A stretch of DNA of 60,741 nt, the filler included, from a bacterium UBP13_UBA5359 (GTDB lineage: Bacteria > UBP13 > UBA5359), in the NCBI GenBank assembly GCA_002410925.1. It is 7 parts of 6 records of this genome, joined end to end, with 100 filler letters (N's around TTAATTAATTAA, not from the genome) between each part and the next. Parts side by side here need not be neighbours in the genome. Positions count along the whole stretch, not along the records: positions 15,477 to 45,770 come from DHPR01000010.1; 6 more parts are not named here. One strand, 5' to 3'. Positions 32,490 through 41,592 of the stretch are shown here, one piece after another (the stretch's first letter is position 1; the number at the start of each line of letters is the position of its first letter). The notes under the pieces were generated by a model, which saw only the letters and a list, made by a program, of their open reading frames with translations, had not been told where the DNA came from and searched no databases. Made by a program: the position numbers and the translations under genes.

Positions 32490-32657
32490 ATGGAAACGGC
32501 AAAGGTTTTTACTAATGGCAGGAGCCAGGCTATTCGACTTCCCAAAGAATATAGGTTTAACGAAAAGGATGTCTATATTAAAAAGATAGGCAGAAGGGTC
32601 TTGCTTATTCCTAAAAGTGATCTCTGGAAAATATTCCTATCAGGCCTTGACAGATAG
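32490..32657 (+). pseudogene. vapB: C-terminally truncated AbrB/MazE-type VapB antitoxin; absent from ORF track
   Basis: METAKVFTNGRSQAIRLPKEYRF...IKKIG..VLLIP...W; 55 aa, no vapC downstream; palindrome ATATCATGATAT overlapping the start. Confidence 0.8.
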
Positions 32658-33175
32658 GCGGCTCTCTGGCCAGTTCTTTGTACGGTATTCCCAGAGCCAC
32701 GCATGATATGGATATAGTCGCCGAGCTAACAGAGGAGTATGTTCTCCAACTGGTAAAGGCTTTGGAACAGGAGTTTTATGTCGATATAAATGCAGTTAAG
32801 GAGGCTGTACAGTGCAGGGATTTATTCAATGTTATCCATAGAGACACTATGTTCAAGGTAGATATATTTGTTATGGCTTCCGAGGATACTTCCAGGGAAG
32901 AAATGGGCTGTCGCAGACCGTATCATATCCCGGAAATTCCCGGATTGCCTCTCCGGTTGGCCAGCGCTGAGGATATTATTATTCGTAAACTGCATAGGTA
33001 TAAACTTGGTAACTGCATATCGGAACGTCAATGGAACGATACTCTGGGAGTTATTCGGGTTCAGAAAGGGGCTCTTGATTTGGCGTATCTGAAACTGGCT
33101 GCTCAACGCTATGATATCAGCGATCTTTTGCATCTAGCATTGAAAGATGCAGAGCATCTCGAACCTGAATATTGA
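32654..33175 (+). pseudogene. N-terminally truncated nucleotidyltransferase-fold protein
   Basis: IGGSLASSLYGIPRATHDMD (GS...DxD); frame blocked by TGA at 32648. Confidence 0.7.
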
Positions 33176-33244
33176 TGCATATCTCCGAAGCGTGGTAAAA
33201 TATCCTTATTAACGAAAACATTCATAATAAAGGAGTGAAGGCTC

Positions 33245-33466
33245 ATGCCGCAATTAGCTCAATTTCCTGCACCGCTCAATAACCCGGCTCTTTTAACGAT
33301 ATTCCTTATCTGGAGCCTGGTCTGGAAAGGGCTGGCTCTGTGGTACTCCGCTCGCAGGGGGCAGACAGTCTGGTATGTGGCCATGCTCATATTAAATACC
33401 GTCGGCCTGCTGGAAATCATCTATCTGATCGTCTACAGACGAAAGAAAGTAAACGTTCAGTCTTGA
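33245..33466 (+). CDS. Small membrane protein, DUF5652-like
   Basis: IWSLVWKGLALW.SARR.Q..W.....NTVGLLEIIY; AAGGAG SD. Confidence 0.8.
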   Translation: MPQLAQFPAPLNNPALLTIFLIWSLVWKGLALWYSARRGQTVWYVAMLILNTVGLLEIIYLIVYRRKKVNVQS

Positions 33467-33544
33467 GGAGCCGCTCACAAAGTATTACCCAATCTGCCTG
33501 CGGCAAATTGGCAACTTATTCATGGGCGCCCCCTGAGGCGTTTT

Positions 33545-34252
33545 ATGATGACAACACCGTTATGGCAATACGATGAGATAACGCATACCGGCAAGGACTT
33601 TGCCAGCCGGGAGGTGGTGGCGGGATATGATGCCAGACATCGCCAATTCCGGGATGTGGATAAGGAGAATGAGGCTATTATCAATGGGTTGGGCCTGCAG
33701 CCTGACCACGTAGTAGCCGAGTTCGGCTGCGGCACCGGAGCCTTTGCCCTTCAGGCGGCACGACGATGTGCTAAAGTGTATGCGGTGGATATCTCGGCAG
33801 CCATGCTTGATTATACAGGATGGAAAGCCGAGACGCAGGGGCTTGATAATATAATCTGTTGCCAGGGGGGCTTTCTAACTTATGTTCACGAAGGCAAGGC
33901 GCTGGATGCTGCTGTAACCAGCCTTGCCCTGCATCATCTGCCGGATTTCTGGAAACAGAAGGCGCTACAGCGCCTTAACGGAATGCTGGCGGCCGAAGGC
34001 CGTCTTTTCTTGCATGACGTAGTTTTTACGGAAGATAATTACGAAGCCAATATTCAGGTCTGGATCGATAAGCTGTCCATTGAAGTCGGACCGGATATGG
34101 CACAAGATGTCGCCAGGCACGTGCGTTGCGAAGACTCCACCTTTACCTGGATAATGGAAGGGCTGCTGGTCCGCGCAGGATTCAGGATAGACCGCGTAGA
34201 TTATACGGACGGTGTTCTGGCCTGTTATTATTGTACCAAGATAGCGCCTTGA
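33545..34252 (+). CDS. Class I SAM-dependent methyltransferase
   Basis: EFGCGTG, VYAVDIS..ML, ALHHLPD. Confidence 0.92.
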   Translation: MMTTPLWQYDEITHTGKDFASREVVAGYDARHRQFRDVDKENEAIINGLGLQPDHVVAEFGCGTGAFALQAARRCAKVYAVDISAAMLDYTGWKAETQGLDNIICCQGGFLTYVHEGKALDAAVTSLALHHLPDFWKQKALQRLNGMLAAEGRLFLHDVVFTEDNYEANIQVWIDKLSIEVGPDMAQDVARHVRCEDSTFTWIMEGLLVRAGFRIDRVDYTDGVLACYYCTKIAP

Positions 34253-34344
34253 CGGCAGACGATTGTGGAAGGCATGCCTGAAAACCCTGTTTCGTCTCTC
34301 TATCCATGCCGGCAGTTGCTTTCCAAAATCTAGCGGCGGCCATA

Positions 34345-34383
34345 TTGCCAACTTACTGACTTAGCGCTATAATTGTATACAAT
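34345..34383 (+). promoter_or_regulatory. Promoter plus GntR/FadR-type operator
   Basis: TTGCCA-17 nt-TATAAT; perfect palindrome ATTGTATACAAT (34372-34383) abutting ATG 34384. Confidence 0.7.
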
Positions 34384-35337
34384 ATGGATACAATTAACAA
34401 AAACATCCGCCTGGCTATACTGGGCATGGTGGACGGCAACGGGCATCCCTTCTCCTGGAGCGCCATTTTCAACGGCTATGACCGGGAGTCGATGTCCGGG
34501 TGTCCTTATGCAGGCATACCGGCTTATCTCAATAAAGAGCCGGAGGAGAGCTTCGGTATTGACGGCGCCAGGGTAACTCATATCTGGACCGATGATCCTG
34601 AAGATGCCGTTAAAGTGGCCGAGGCCTCGCTGATTCCCAATATCGTGAAGAGGCCGGAAGACGTCATCGGTCAAGTGGATGCAGTAATCATCGCTACCGA
34701 TAAGGGCTATGAGCATGTAGACCGCTGTCGTTCCTTTGTGGAGGCCGGCTTGCCGGTATTTATCGACAAGCCTCTGACAGATAACGAGGCCGATCTGACC
34801 ATCTTCAGCCGCTGGGTAGAGGAAGGCAAGCCGATCATGTCCTCCAGTTGCATGCGCTATTGCAAGGAGTTTGCGCCTTACCGTCTGTCCACCCGTGATC
34901 TGGGAGATTTGCGTTATATTTCCATAACTACGCCCAAGAGCTGGGAGAGATATAGCATACACGCTTTGGAAGCCGTATATCCCATACTGGGAGCGGGCTT
35001 CATCTCTGTTAGGAATATCGGCAATTCGAAGAGAAATATCGTCCATCTTAAACATGAGAGCGGTGCAGATGTTCTGGCAGTAGCCACGGCGGATATGTAC
35101 GGGGCATTCGGCGTGCTTACTCTGTGCGGTACTGCCGGCCATGTTCAGGCGGCTATGAGCGATACTTTTTATGCTTTCAAGTCGCAATTGGCTGCTTTTA
35201 TAGATTATCTGCGCACAGGTAAACTCCCTTTTCCCTTTGCAGAGACGGAAGAGTTGATAAAGATGGTCATAGCCGGTATCAAAAGCCGGGAAGAGGGTGG
35301 CCGCGAGGTAGCACTGGACGAGATAGGACATAATTGA
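34384..35337 (+). CDS. Gfo/Idh/MocA-like oxidoreductase
   Basis: VDAVIIATD, GLPVFIDKPL, MSSSCMRY, YSIHALE. Confidence 0.85.
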   Translation: MDTINKNIRLAILGMVDGNGHPFSWSAIFNGYDRESMSGCPYAGIPAYLNKEPEESFGIDGARVTHIWTDDPEDAVKVAEASLIPNIVKRPEDVIGQVDAVIIATDKGYEHVDRCRSFVEAGLPVFIDKPLTDNEADLTIFSRWVEEGKPIMSSSCMRYCKEFAPYRLSTRDLGDLRYISITTPKSWERYSIHALEAVYPILGAGFISVRNIGNSKRNIVHLKHESGADVLAVATADMYGAFGVLTLCGTAGHVQAAMSDTFYAFKSQLAAFIDYLRTGKLPFPFAETEELIKMVIAGIKSREEGGREVALDEIGHN

Positions 35338-35450
35338 TATAGAAGGCAGTTTCTCATGGTGCCGATGTGCCGCCCAGTTGCAGCCGGCATGGTGGCAGGG
35401 CACAGGTAATCTTAATTTATAATTAATTAATTAAGATTGGAAGGGGATTT

Positions 35451-36284
35451 ATGAGAACTATAAGTATGAAGCCCAGTCGGGTATTAGCAAAGCTGCGGAA
35501 AGGCGATGTGGCAATCAGTACAAAGCTCAATCTAAGTGACGCCAGGGTGGCGGAAATAGCCGCTATGGCAGGCTTCGATTGTATTTGGAATGACATGGAA
35601 CATGTGCCTAACGATTTTTCCGCTATCGAACAGCAGATACGTGCGGCTAAAGCCTATGATGTAGATGTGCTGGTACGAGTATCCAGGGGAGGATACAGCG
35701 ACTATATCAGGCCGCTGGAGATGGATGCCGCCGGCATCATGGTGCCTCATATCATGGGGCTGAAAGATGCTCGAGCGGTGGTCCGTATGACACGTTTTAA
35801 CCCTATCGGCCGTCGTCCGCTGGACGGAGGCAATGCCGACGGTGCCTATTGCGCCATACCGCTGGAAGAATATCTTAAGCAAGCCAACGAAGAGCGTTTT
35901 GTGGTGATACAAATAGAAGACCCTGAGCCTATGTCCCAACTGGACGAAATTGCGGCGCTGGAGGGCATAGATATGCTCTTCTTCGGGCCGGGCGATTTCA
36001 GCCAAGGGATAGGCGCACCCGGGCAGTGGAATCATCCCGAGTTACTTCAAGCCCGTCGTCGGGTAGCCGAAGCGGCGCAGGCTCACGACAAATATGCCGG
36101 AACGGTGGGCAGCCTGGAAACTATGGAGGAGTTAATAAATATCGGTTACAGATTTATTAATCTGGGAGCTGATGTACTGGGTCTTTATAGTTACTTCAGC
36201 GGTCTGCTCGATGCGGCTGCAAGGCAAGCGCCAGGTTGGAAGGTGAGGCAGCATGGCTCGAAACAAAACGGATCTGCTATATGA
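35451..36284 (+). CDS. HpcH/HpaI-type aldolase
   Basis: DMEH, GIMVPHI, VIQIED, LFFGPGDFS. Confidence 0.92.
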   Translation: MRTISMKPSRVLAKLRKGDVAISTKLNLSDARVAEIAAMAGFDCIWNDMEHVPNDFSAIEQQIRAAKAYDVDVLVRVSRGGYSDYIRPLEMDAAGIMVPHIMGLKDARAVVRMTRFNPIGRRPLDGGNADGAYCAIPLEEYLKQANEERFVVIQIEDPEPMSQLDEIAALEGIDMLFFGPGDFSQGIGAPGQWNHPELLQARRRVAEAAQAHDKYAGTVGSLETMEELINIGYRFINLGADVLGLYSYFSGLLDAAARQAPGWKVRQHGSKQNGSAI

Positions 36285-36362
36285 AGTTATAATAAAGAAG
36301 ATTGCCGCCGGTGAATATGAGCCTGATTCTTTTTTGCGCGAGGAAGAGTTGGCTAAAACCGG
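36144..36362 (+). repeat. 219-bp direct repeat, copy 1 (aldolase 3' end / gntR 5' end)
   Basis: Matches 40214-40432 with 11 substitutions. Confidence 0.95.
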
Positions 36363-36888
36363 CGGGGTTAGCCGTACGGTAGTACGTCAGGCTCTGCAAC
36401 GGCTGCACGGAGCCGGTCTGGTTCGGCTGATACCTAATACCGGAGCGGTAGTGATGCGGGCCACTCTGGAAGATGCCATCAATTATATAGAAGCTCGTAT
36501 TGCGATCGAAGGAATGGCTGCCGGGTTGTTTGCCGGGAGAGCGAGTGAAGAGGATCTGCGACAGTTGGAGCAGATAGTCTGCGATCTTGAGAAGGTCGTC
36601 GGCAAGGCTCTCGATACGGTGCAGCAACTCGATGCCGCCTTTCATGATTATATTATGGATAGATGCGGCAATGCCGTTCTCAAACGTATCATGGATAGCA
36701 CCCGGCTGCAGTTCATGGAATGGTCTGTTGCCAGACAATGGGGTTATCACGCTACAGCCGGCACTGCGGACACACACAGAGAGATCCTGACAGCCTTGCA
36801 AAGTCGTGACGCTGAGACGGCCAGAAAGGCTATGGAGGGACATATCAACAGGTCCAGAGAAGCTATTATAAAAAGGTTCGGCTGGTAG
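36253..36888 (+). CDS. GntR family regulator (FCD domain)
   Basis: LREEELA...VSRTVVRQAL, D.AFH, CGN, HREILTAL, MEGHI. Confidence 0.93.
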   Translation: MARNKTDLLYEVIIKKIAAGEYEPDSFLREEELAKTGGVSRTVVRQALQRLHGAGLVRLIPNTGAVVMRATLEDAINYIEARIAIEGMAAGLFAGRASEEDLRQLEQIVCDLEKVVGKALDTVQQLDAAFHDYIMDRCGNAVLKRIMDSTRLQFMEWSVARQWGYHATAGTADTHREILTALQSRDAETARKAMEGHINRSREAIIKRFGW

Positions 36889-36953
36889 GGATGAAAATGA
36901 ACAGCAACTGATAACCGTGCCTGCAGGCGCATTCAGGGAAGGAGAGCGACATT

Positions 36954-37730
36954 ATGTCCATTTTGGAGGAATTCTTACTGGGAGGCAGGACTGCTCTGGT
37001 GACCGGGGGAGCAGGCCTTTACGGGCGGCAGATAGTAGCGGCGCTGGCCGAGGCCGGGGCCGAGGTTTATATGGCAGCGCGTAACCTGGAAGCGCTGGAG
37101 CAGGTGGCTAGTCTTCATCAGGAAGCAGGGCGTAAAGTGACGGCACTGCAAATGGACCAGGGGGAGGAAGATTCCATCCTGGCGGCCCGGGAGGCCATCT
37201 TGAGCCGCAGCGGCAGGATAGATATCCTGGTAAACAACGCCGTTCTTCGGCCGATGAAGAGCTATCACGACCATGCTGCTGCCTTTGCCCGCAGCATGGA
37301 GGTCAATGCTACCGGCCTGTTTATGATCACCCGAGCTGTGGGCGAAGTCATGCAGGCAGGAGGCTCGATCATCAACGTCGGTTCTATTCAGGGTATGGTA
37401 GGACCGGACCCCACCAATTACCGCGGCACCGACATGAATGGCTTCATTCCCGATTATTTCTTCCATAAGGGCGGGATGATAAACTTTACTCGTTTTATAG
37501 CCGGTTATTATGGCAACAGAGGGATAACCTGCAATTGTATCAGCCCGGGCGGTTTTCGGACGGAGAGCCAGCCCGAAGCCTTCGTAAAGCAGTACAGCGA
37601 CAGAACCATGCTGGGAAGACTGGCTGGAGATGAGGACTTGAAAGGCATTATCGTCTTTCTGGCTTCCTCCGCTTCATCGTATATAACCGGGGCCAACATC
37701 CCTGTGGACGGCGGCTATACGGCCAAATAA
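36954..37730 (+). CDS. SDR family oxidoreductase
   Basis: TGGAGLYG, DILVNNA, YFFHK (YxxxK), NCISPGG, ITGANIPVDGG. Confidence 0.95.
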   Translation: MSILEEFLLGGRTALVTGGAGLYGRQIVAALAEAGAEVYMAARNLEALEQVASLHQEAGRKVTALQMDQGEEDSILAAREAILSRSGRIDILVNNAVLRPMKSYHDHAAAFARSMEVNATGLFMITRAVGEVMQAGGSIINVGSIQGMVGPDPTNYRGTDMNGFIPDYFFHKGGMINFTRFIAGYYGNRGITCNCISPGGFRTESQPEAFVKQYSDRTMLGRLAGDEDLKGIIVFLASSASSYITGANIPVDGGYTAK

Positions 37731-37736
37731 AGGAAG

Positions 37737-38675
37737 ATGAGGGCAGAAGAAGATATGCTGTATAAGCAATTTCACGATCTGCAGCTTTCACAACTGATGC
37801 TGGGCACTGTGCAACTGGGCATGAATTATGGTATAGCCAACAAGAGCGGGTGCCCGTCATATAAAGAGGCAAGAGATATCATTGCCTGCGCTTACGAAGG
37901 TGGAGTGAATTGCTTTGATACGGCGGCGTCCTATGGTGACAGCGAGGAGATCATCGGCCGGGCTCTGGCAGAACTGGGGCTGGCGGACAAGATGATTATC
38001 ATTACCAAGGTGGCCCCGGTGTCACGGGCGGTAATAGACGCCGGCAAGGCTGGAGAGTTCATCGAGAAATCGGTCATAACTTCTCTTAAGAGATTGCGGT
38101 TGGATGCATTGTCTATTTGTCTCTTCCATCGTGAAGAGAATGCAGAGTGTATGGCCGCGCTGCTGCGACTGAAAGAGAGAGGGCTGTTTCGTTATGCCGG
38201 TGTTTCCGTCATGACGACGGAAGCGGCCGGGGATATCATTGCCTCTGATAAAGCCGAAGCATTACAGATTCCTATCAATCTCCTGGATCATCGTTTTTTG
38301 AACCAGGGTATTTGCGATCTTGCCGCTCGCAAAGGTATGGCTGTCTTTGTTCGCAGCATCTATCTGCAGGGGCTACTGACCATGAAGGAAGAGGATATTC
38401 CCGTTAGTGTGAAAGAGGATGTGCTGCCGGTTATACGGAGATTGCGCCATCTGGCCGGGCAGACTGGACTCAGCCTTCCTGAGATGGCGCTGCGTTATGT
38501 TCTGGGATTGCCGGGAGTCACAGCCCTGCTGGCTGGAGCAGAGAAAGCCGAGCAGGTGAGGCGGAATATAGGTATGGTAACCAAGGGAGCGCTGCCGACG
38601 GACTTGATGGAAGCTATAAGCAATGTAGTGCCGAATTTACCCGACAGGGTAATAGTGCCTGCTATGTGGCAGTAA
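37737..38675 (+). CDS. Aldo/keto reductase
   Basis: LGTVQLGMNYG, FDTAASYGDSE, ITKV, SLKRL, RSIYLQG; start may be 37755. Confidence 0.92.
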   Translation: MRAEEDMLYKQFHDLQLSQLMLGTVQLGMNYGIANKSGCPSYKEARDIIACAYEGGVNCFDTAASYGDSEEIIGRALAELGLADKMIIITKVAPVSRAVIDAGKAGEFIEKSVITSLKRLRLDALSICLFHREENAECMAALLRLKERGLFRYAGVSVMTTEAAGDIIASDKAEALQIPINLLDHRFLNQGICDLAARKGMAVFVRSIYLQGLLTMKEEDIPVSVKEDVLPVIRRLRHLAGQTGLSLPEMALRYVLGLPGVTALLAGAEKAEQVRRNIGMVTKGALPTDLMEAISNVVPNLPDRVIVPAMWQ

Positions 38676-38764
38676 CCCTTATAACATAACGTTCTCTATT
38701 GCCGGATGCTGGAACTGCCGGGGTATGAATATCTCTTCGATGGTTTTGGGAGCGATATGACGCG

Positions 38765-39295
38765 GTGCTACATAATCATCAGAAGAACGATGAAGGTATT
38801 ATAGATTTGGAAAATACAGTTGTTTTATTTATGCCGCATAAGGAGAACAATCCTCGCAATTCCGAGGGGGCCTTTGTTACTTTAAAAGATGGCAGAATTA
38901 TGTTTGCCTATACTCGCTATAACAGCGGAGATAATTGGAACGATGAGGCGCCGGCAAATATCTGTGCTCTTTACTCTTTAGATGGTGGGCGTAGCTGGGT
39001 TGATGAAAGTGTGCTGGTGGATAATGAGGATGATTGTAATAGCAGGAGTGTTTCGTTGTTGCGCTTGCATGATGGAGATATAGGTCTTTGGTATCTACGT
39101 AAGAACAGTGTAAATGATTGCCGTCTGGAGATGCGTGTTTCCAGCGACGAAGGCTCTTCATGGATCTAGTCACGGCTATGTATTCCCGCACCGGGGTACT
39201 TTATTGTCAATAATGACCGTGTCGTTCAGTTATCAAATGGGCGGCTGATAATTCCAGCCGCTTATCATCGTTCTCGTTTGCCGGCAGCCCAGTAA
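38765..39295 (+). pseudogene. Sialidase/BNR-repeat glycosidase pseudogene
   Basis: RNSEGAF, Asp boxes SLDGGRSW and SSDEGSSW; in-frame TAG at 39167 followed by GYFIVNNDRVVQLSNGRLIIP, then cut off by IS. Confidence 0.82.
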
Positions 39296-40213
39296 ACAAG
39301 CGGGTTACGGGCTGTTTTGCTTTTTCATAAAATTGTCGGGAAAGAGCTACTTATTTGTAGCCGTCAATAAGCTTCTTATCTCACCCCAGGGAAGTATTCG
39401 CCTTGAGAAATCTATACCCAGAGTATTGCCGATGTGCTCTACCGCCTCGTCATAGTAATCAGACATGTAATAGTTCTGCTGAAGATGCACACCGGATACA
39501 GCGTTTAGGCTTTCGATCATACGAGCCGGAGAGTATTTATGCTCGGTTTTTCGCTCCAGTATCCTAAGCAGAAGCAGGGCTATGAAGCAAGTCAGGAAAT
39601 GCGCCTGAATATGATCTTTCCTAGAGACGTAGACGGGCCTGTTTTCCAGATCACTCTTGGTAATACGGAAGGACTCTTCAATCCTCCATAAACCCTGGTA
39701 AGTGTCGACAATCTGTTCATCTGGAAGGTCGCATTCGCTGATAACAATGGCATAGTAGCCATCGAACGGGCAGGCCCTGGAGTATACATCAGCCAGGGAG
39801 AAATCATACTTGCCAAAGTAGTGGTCCTTTCTCTCAAAGTTCTTCAGCTTGGAGGCAGGCTCCAGGATACGCTGAAAGGCCAGCATCTTCAGCACTTCGT
39901 TGAGTTGGTAGTTGATCTTCAGATTACGCTGACGGTTAATCATAAACTGATGGATGCCCATCTCATGGTAGATTTTACTAAAGGGAGCATGGCCCAGTTT
40001 TTTTCGTTGGACAGAGTTCCGATCAATGGTATCACCGGCTTGGAATTCAAAGACCAGAGGAACTTTGGAAGCCTTATGGTTTTCATTCATTTCCTTAGCT
40101 ACTTGGGTGTAATAGGCGATGGGATCATCGACCTGACAAAAAATAACTCGAAAAGCCTCTGCTTATAGACCTTCCAGGCGTTCTGGTGCCAAGTGGCTAC
40201 TGTAAAAGCAAGG
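39285..40213 (-). mobile_element. Internally deleted IS1634-family (IS4-like) element remnant
   Basis: DDPIAYY, RILEPASK joined directly to DGYYAI...Y..LWRIEESFR.TK..L..RPVY....HI.AHF..CFIAL; central DDE region missing. Confidence 0.8.
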
Positions 40214-40432
40214 GGTTACAGGTTTATCAATCTGGGAGCTGATGTACTGGGCATTTATAGTTATTTCAGTGGTCTGCTCGATGCGGCTGCAAGGCAAGCG
40301 CCAGGTTGGAAGGTGAGGCAGCATGGCTCGAAATAAAACGGATCTGCTATATGAAGTCATAATAAAGAAGATCGCCGCCGGCGAATACGAGCCTGATTCT
40401 TTTTTGCGCGAGGAAGAGTTGGCTAAAACCGG
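40214..40432 (+). repeat. 219-bp direct repeat, copy 2 (orphan fragment)
   Basis: About 95% identical to 36144-36362; lies at the IS remnant boundary. Confidence 0.95.
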
Positions 40433-40446
40433 GCCTCATATGACTA

Positions 40447-40490
40447 TTGACATTCATGCCATACTGTCATAGTATACTAATGATAGTATG
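40447..40490 (+). promoter_or_regulatory. Promoter with overlapping palindromic operator
   Basis: TTGACA-17 nt-TAGTAT; CATACTGTCA-TAGTATACTA-A-TGATAGTATG near-palindrome 40460-40490. Confidence 0.65.
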
Positions 40491-40524
40491 TTACAGGGCT
40501 GAGCGTTACTTTAATAGCCTGGAG

Positions 40525-41592
40525 ATGGATAATACTTTGAACTTACCGAAAGAAAAACCTTTATACCGCCGGCTTGCCGATAACCTTAGGCAAGAGATTA
40601 GCAACGGCGAATATATGACAAACCAGAGATTTCATACTATAAAGGAAATAGCCGATAGGTTTAAGGTTAGCCGCATGACGGCACATCAGGCAGTTATACA
40701 ATTGCAAAAAGAAGGCGTTCTCTATTCAAAACCGCAGAGGGGCATTTTCATAAATAACCCGCAAGCTCTCAGAGAGACGCACTTTACTATAGAGGCTGCC
40801 TTTCTGGATGTTTATAGCAGCAGTATGCCTTATCTTTCCGAAGTTTTCAAAGGGCTGACCGGAACCGCTGCTGAACTGGGTTTGACGTTGCAGGTTACAG
40901 CTATGCAATCTGAACAGGATATTCTGGCCGGCAATATGGAAGCCGTGACCAGACCCAACGGCCTTATCCTTGCCTCCTGGGTATCGGTTAACACTATTAC
41001 CTATTTAATGAAAAGAGAGATTCCCTTTGTCTGGCTTGATAATGACATCCGATTTCAGGATATTGCCTGCGTTCTGGTTGATAGGGTATACGGTATGCTT
41101 CTGGCTGTCAATCATCTCATCTCAAAGGATAGGCGGAGGATGGGTATCATAGATCTCTGGGGAGATTGTGAGCGGCTGGCCGGATACAGAACGGTGTTTG
41201 ATGCCAGGGGGGTGAATATTCCTCCCGACCGGGTTATAGTGAAAAAGGTTATGACTTTTGCGGAGGAGGCTGAGCTGGCATACCAAACTGCGCAGAAGCT
41301 TTTTCAATCCCCTTCAAAGCCCGACAGTGTAATCGTTACCGGTGAAGCGTCTACTCAGATGGTTATAAAGGCGGCTATGGAGACGGGGATGAAGATTCCA
41401 CAAGACCTTTCCATCATTTCTTATTCTTCCGTCGCCACAGAGGACTTTTTTTCGGTACCGGTGGATATTATCAGGGTGCCGGTGAGCGAGATGGCTGAGC
41501 AAGCCGTCAGACTTCTATACAGCATGCTCAGGGAAGAAACGGTGGAAGAGCATAAAATCATGGTTAAACCATATTTGCAGAAGTCGTTATGA
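40525..41592 (+). CDS. GntR-wHTH / LacI-type regulator (start reassigned)
   Basis: PLYRRLAD.LR, TIKEIADRFKVSRMTA, KIPQDLSII; the longer ORF start lies inside the promoter. Confidence 0.9.
   Translation: MDNTLNLPKEKPLYRRLADNLRQEISNGEYMTNQRFHTIKEIADRFKVSRMTAHQAVIQLQKEGVLYSKPQRGIFINNPQALRETHFTIEAAFLDVYSSSMPYLSEVFKGLTGTAAELGLTLQVTAMQSEQDILAGNMEAVTRPNGLILASWVSVNTITYLMKREIPFVWLDNDIRFQDIACVLVDRVYGMLLAVNHLISKDRRRMGIIDLWGDCERLAGYRTVFDARGVNIPPDRVIVKKVMTFAEEAELAYQTAQKLFQSPSKPDSVIVTGEASTQMVIKAAMETGMKIPQDLSIISYSSVATEDFFSVPVDIIRVPVSEMAEQAVRLLYSMLREETVEEHKIMVKPYLQKSL

Noticed and set aside
35423-35434. TTAATTAATTAA without Ns in an intergenic region
   Set aside because: Part of an AT-rich palindrome (AATCTTAATT...AATTAAGATT) inside a coherent operon with no N padding; treated as coincidence
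39167-39169. In-frame TAG in the sialidase as pyrrolysine or recoding
   Set aside because: The gene is also truncated by the IS, TAG is a normal stop in many genes here, and no pyl genes are seen
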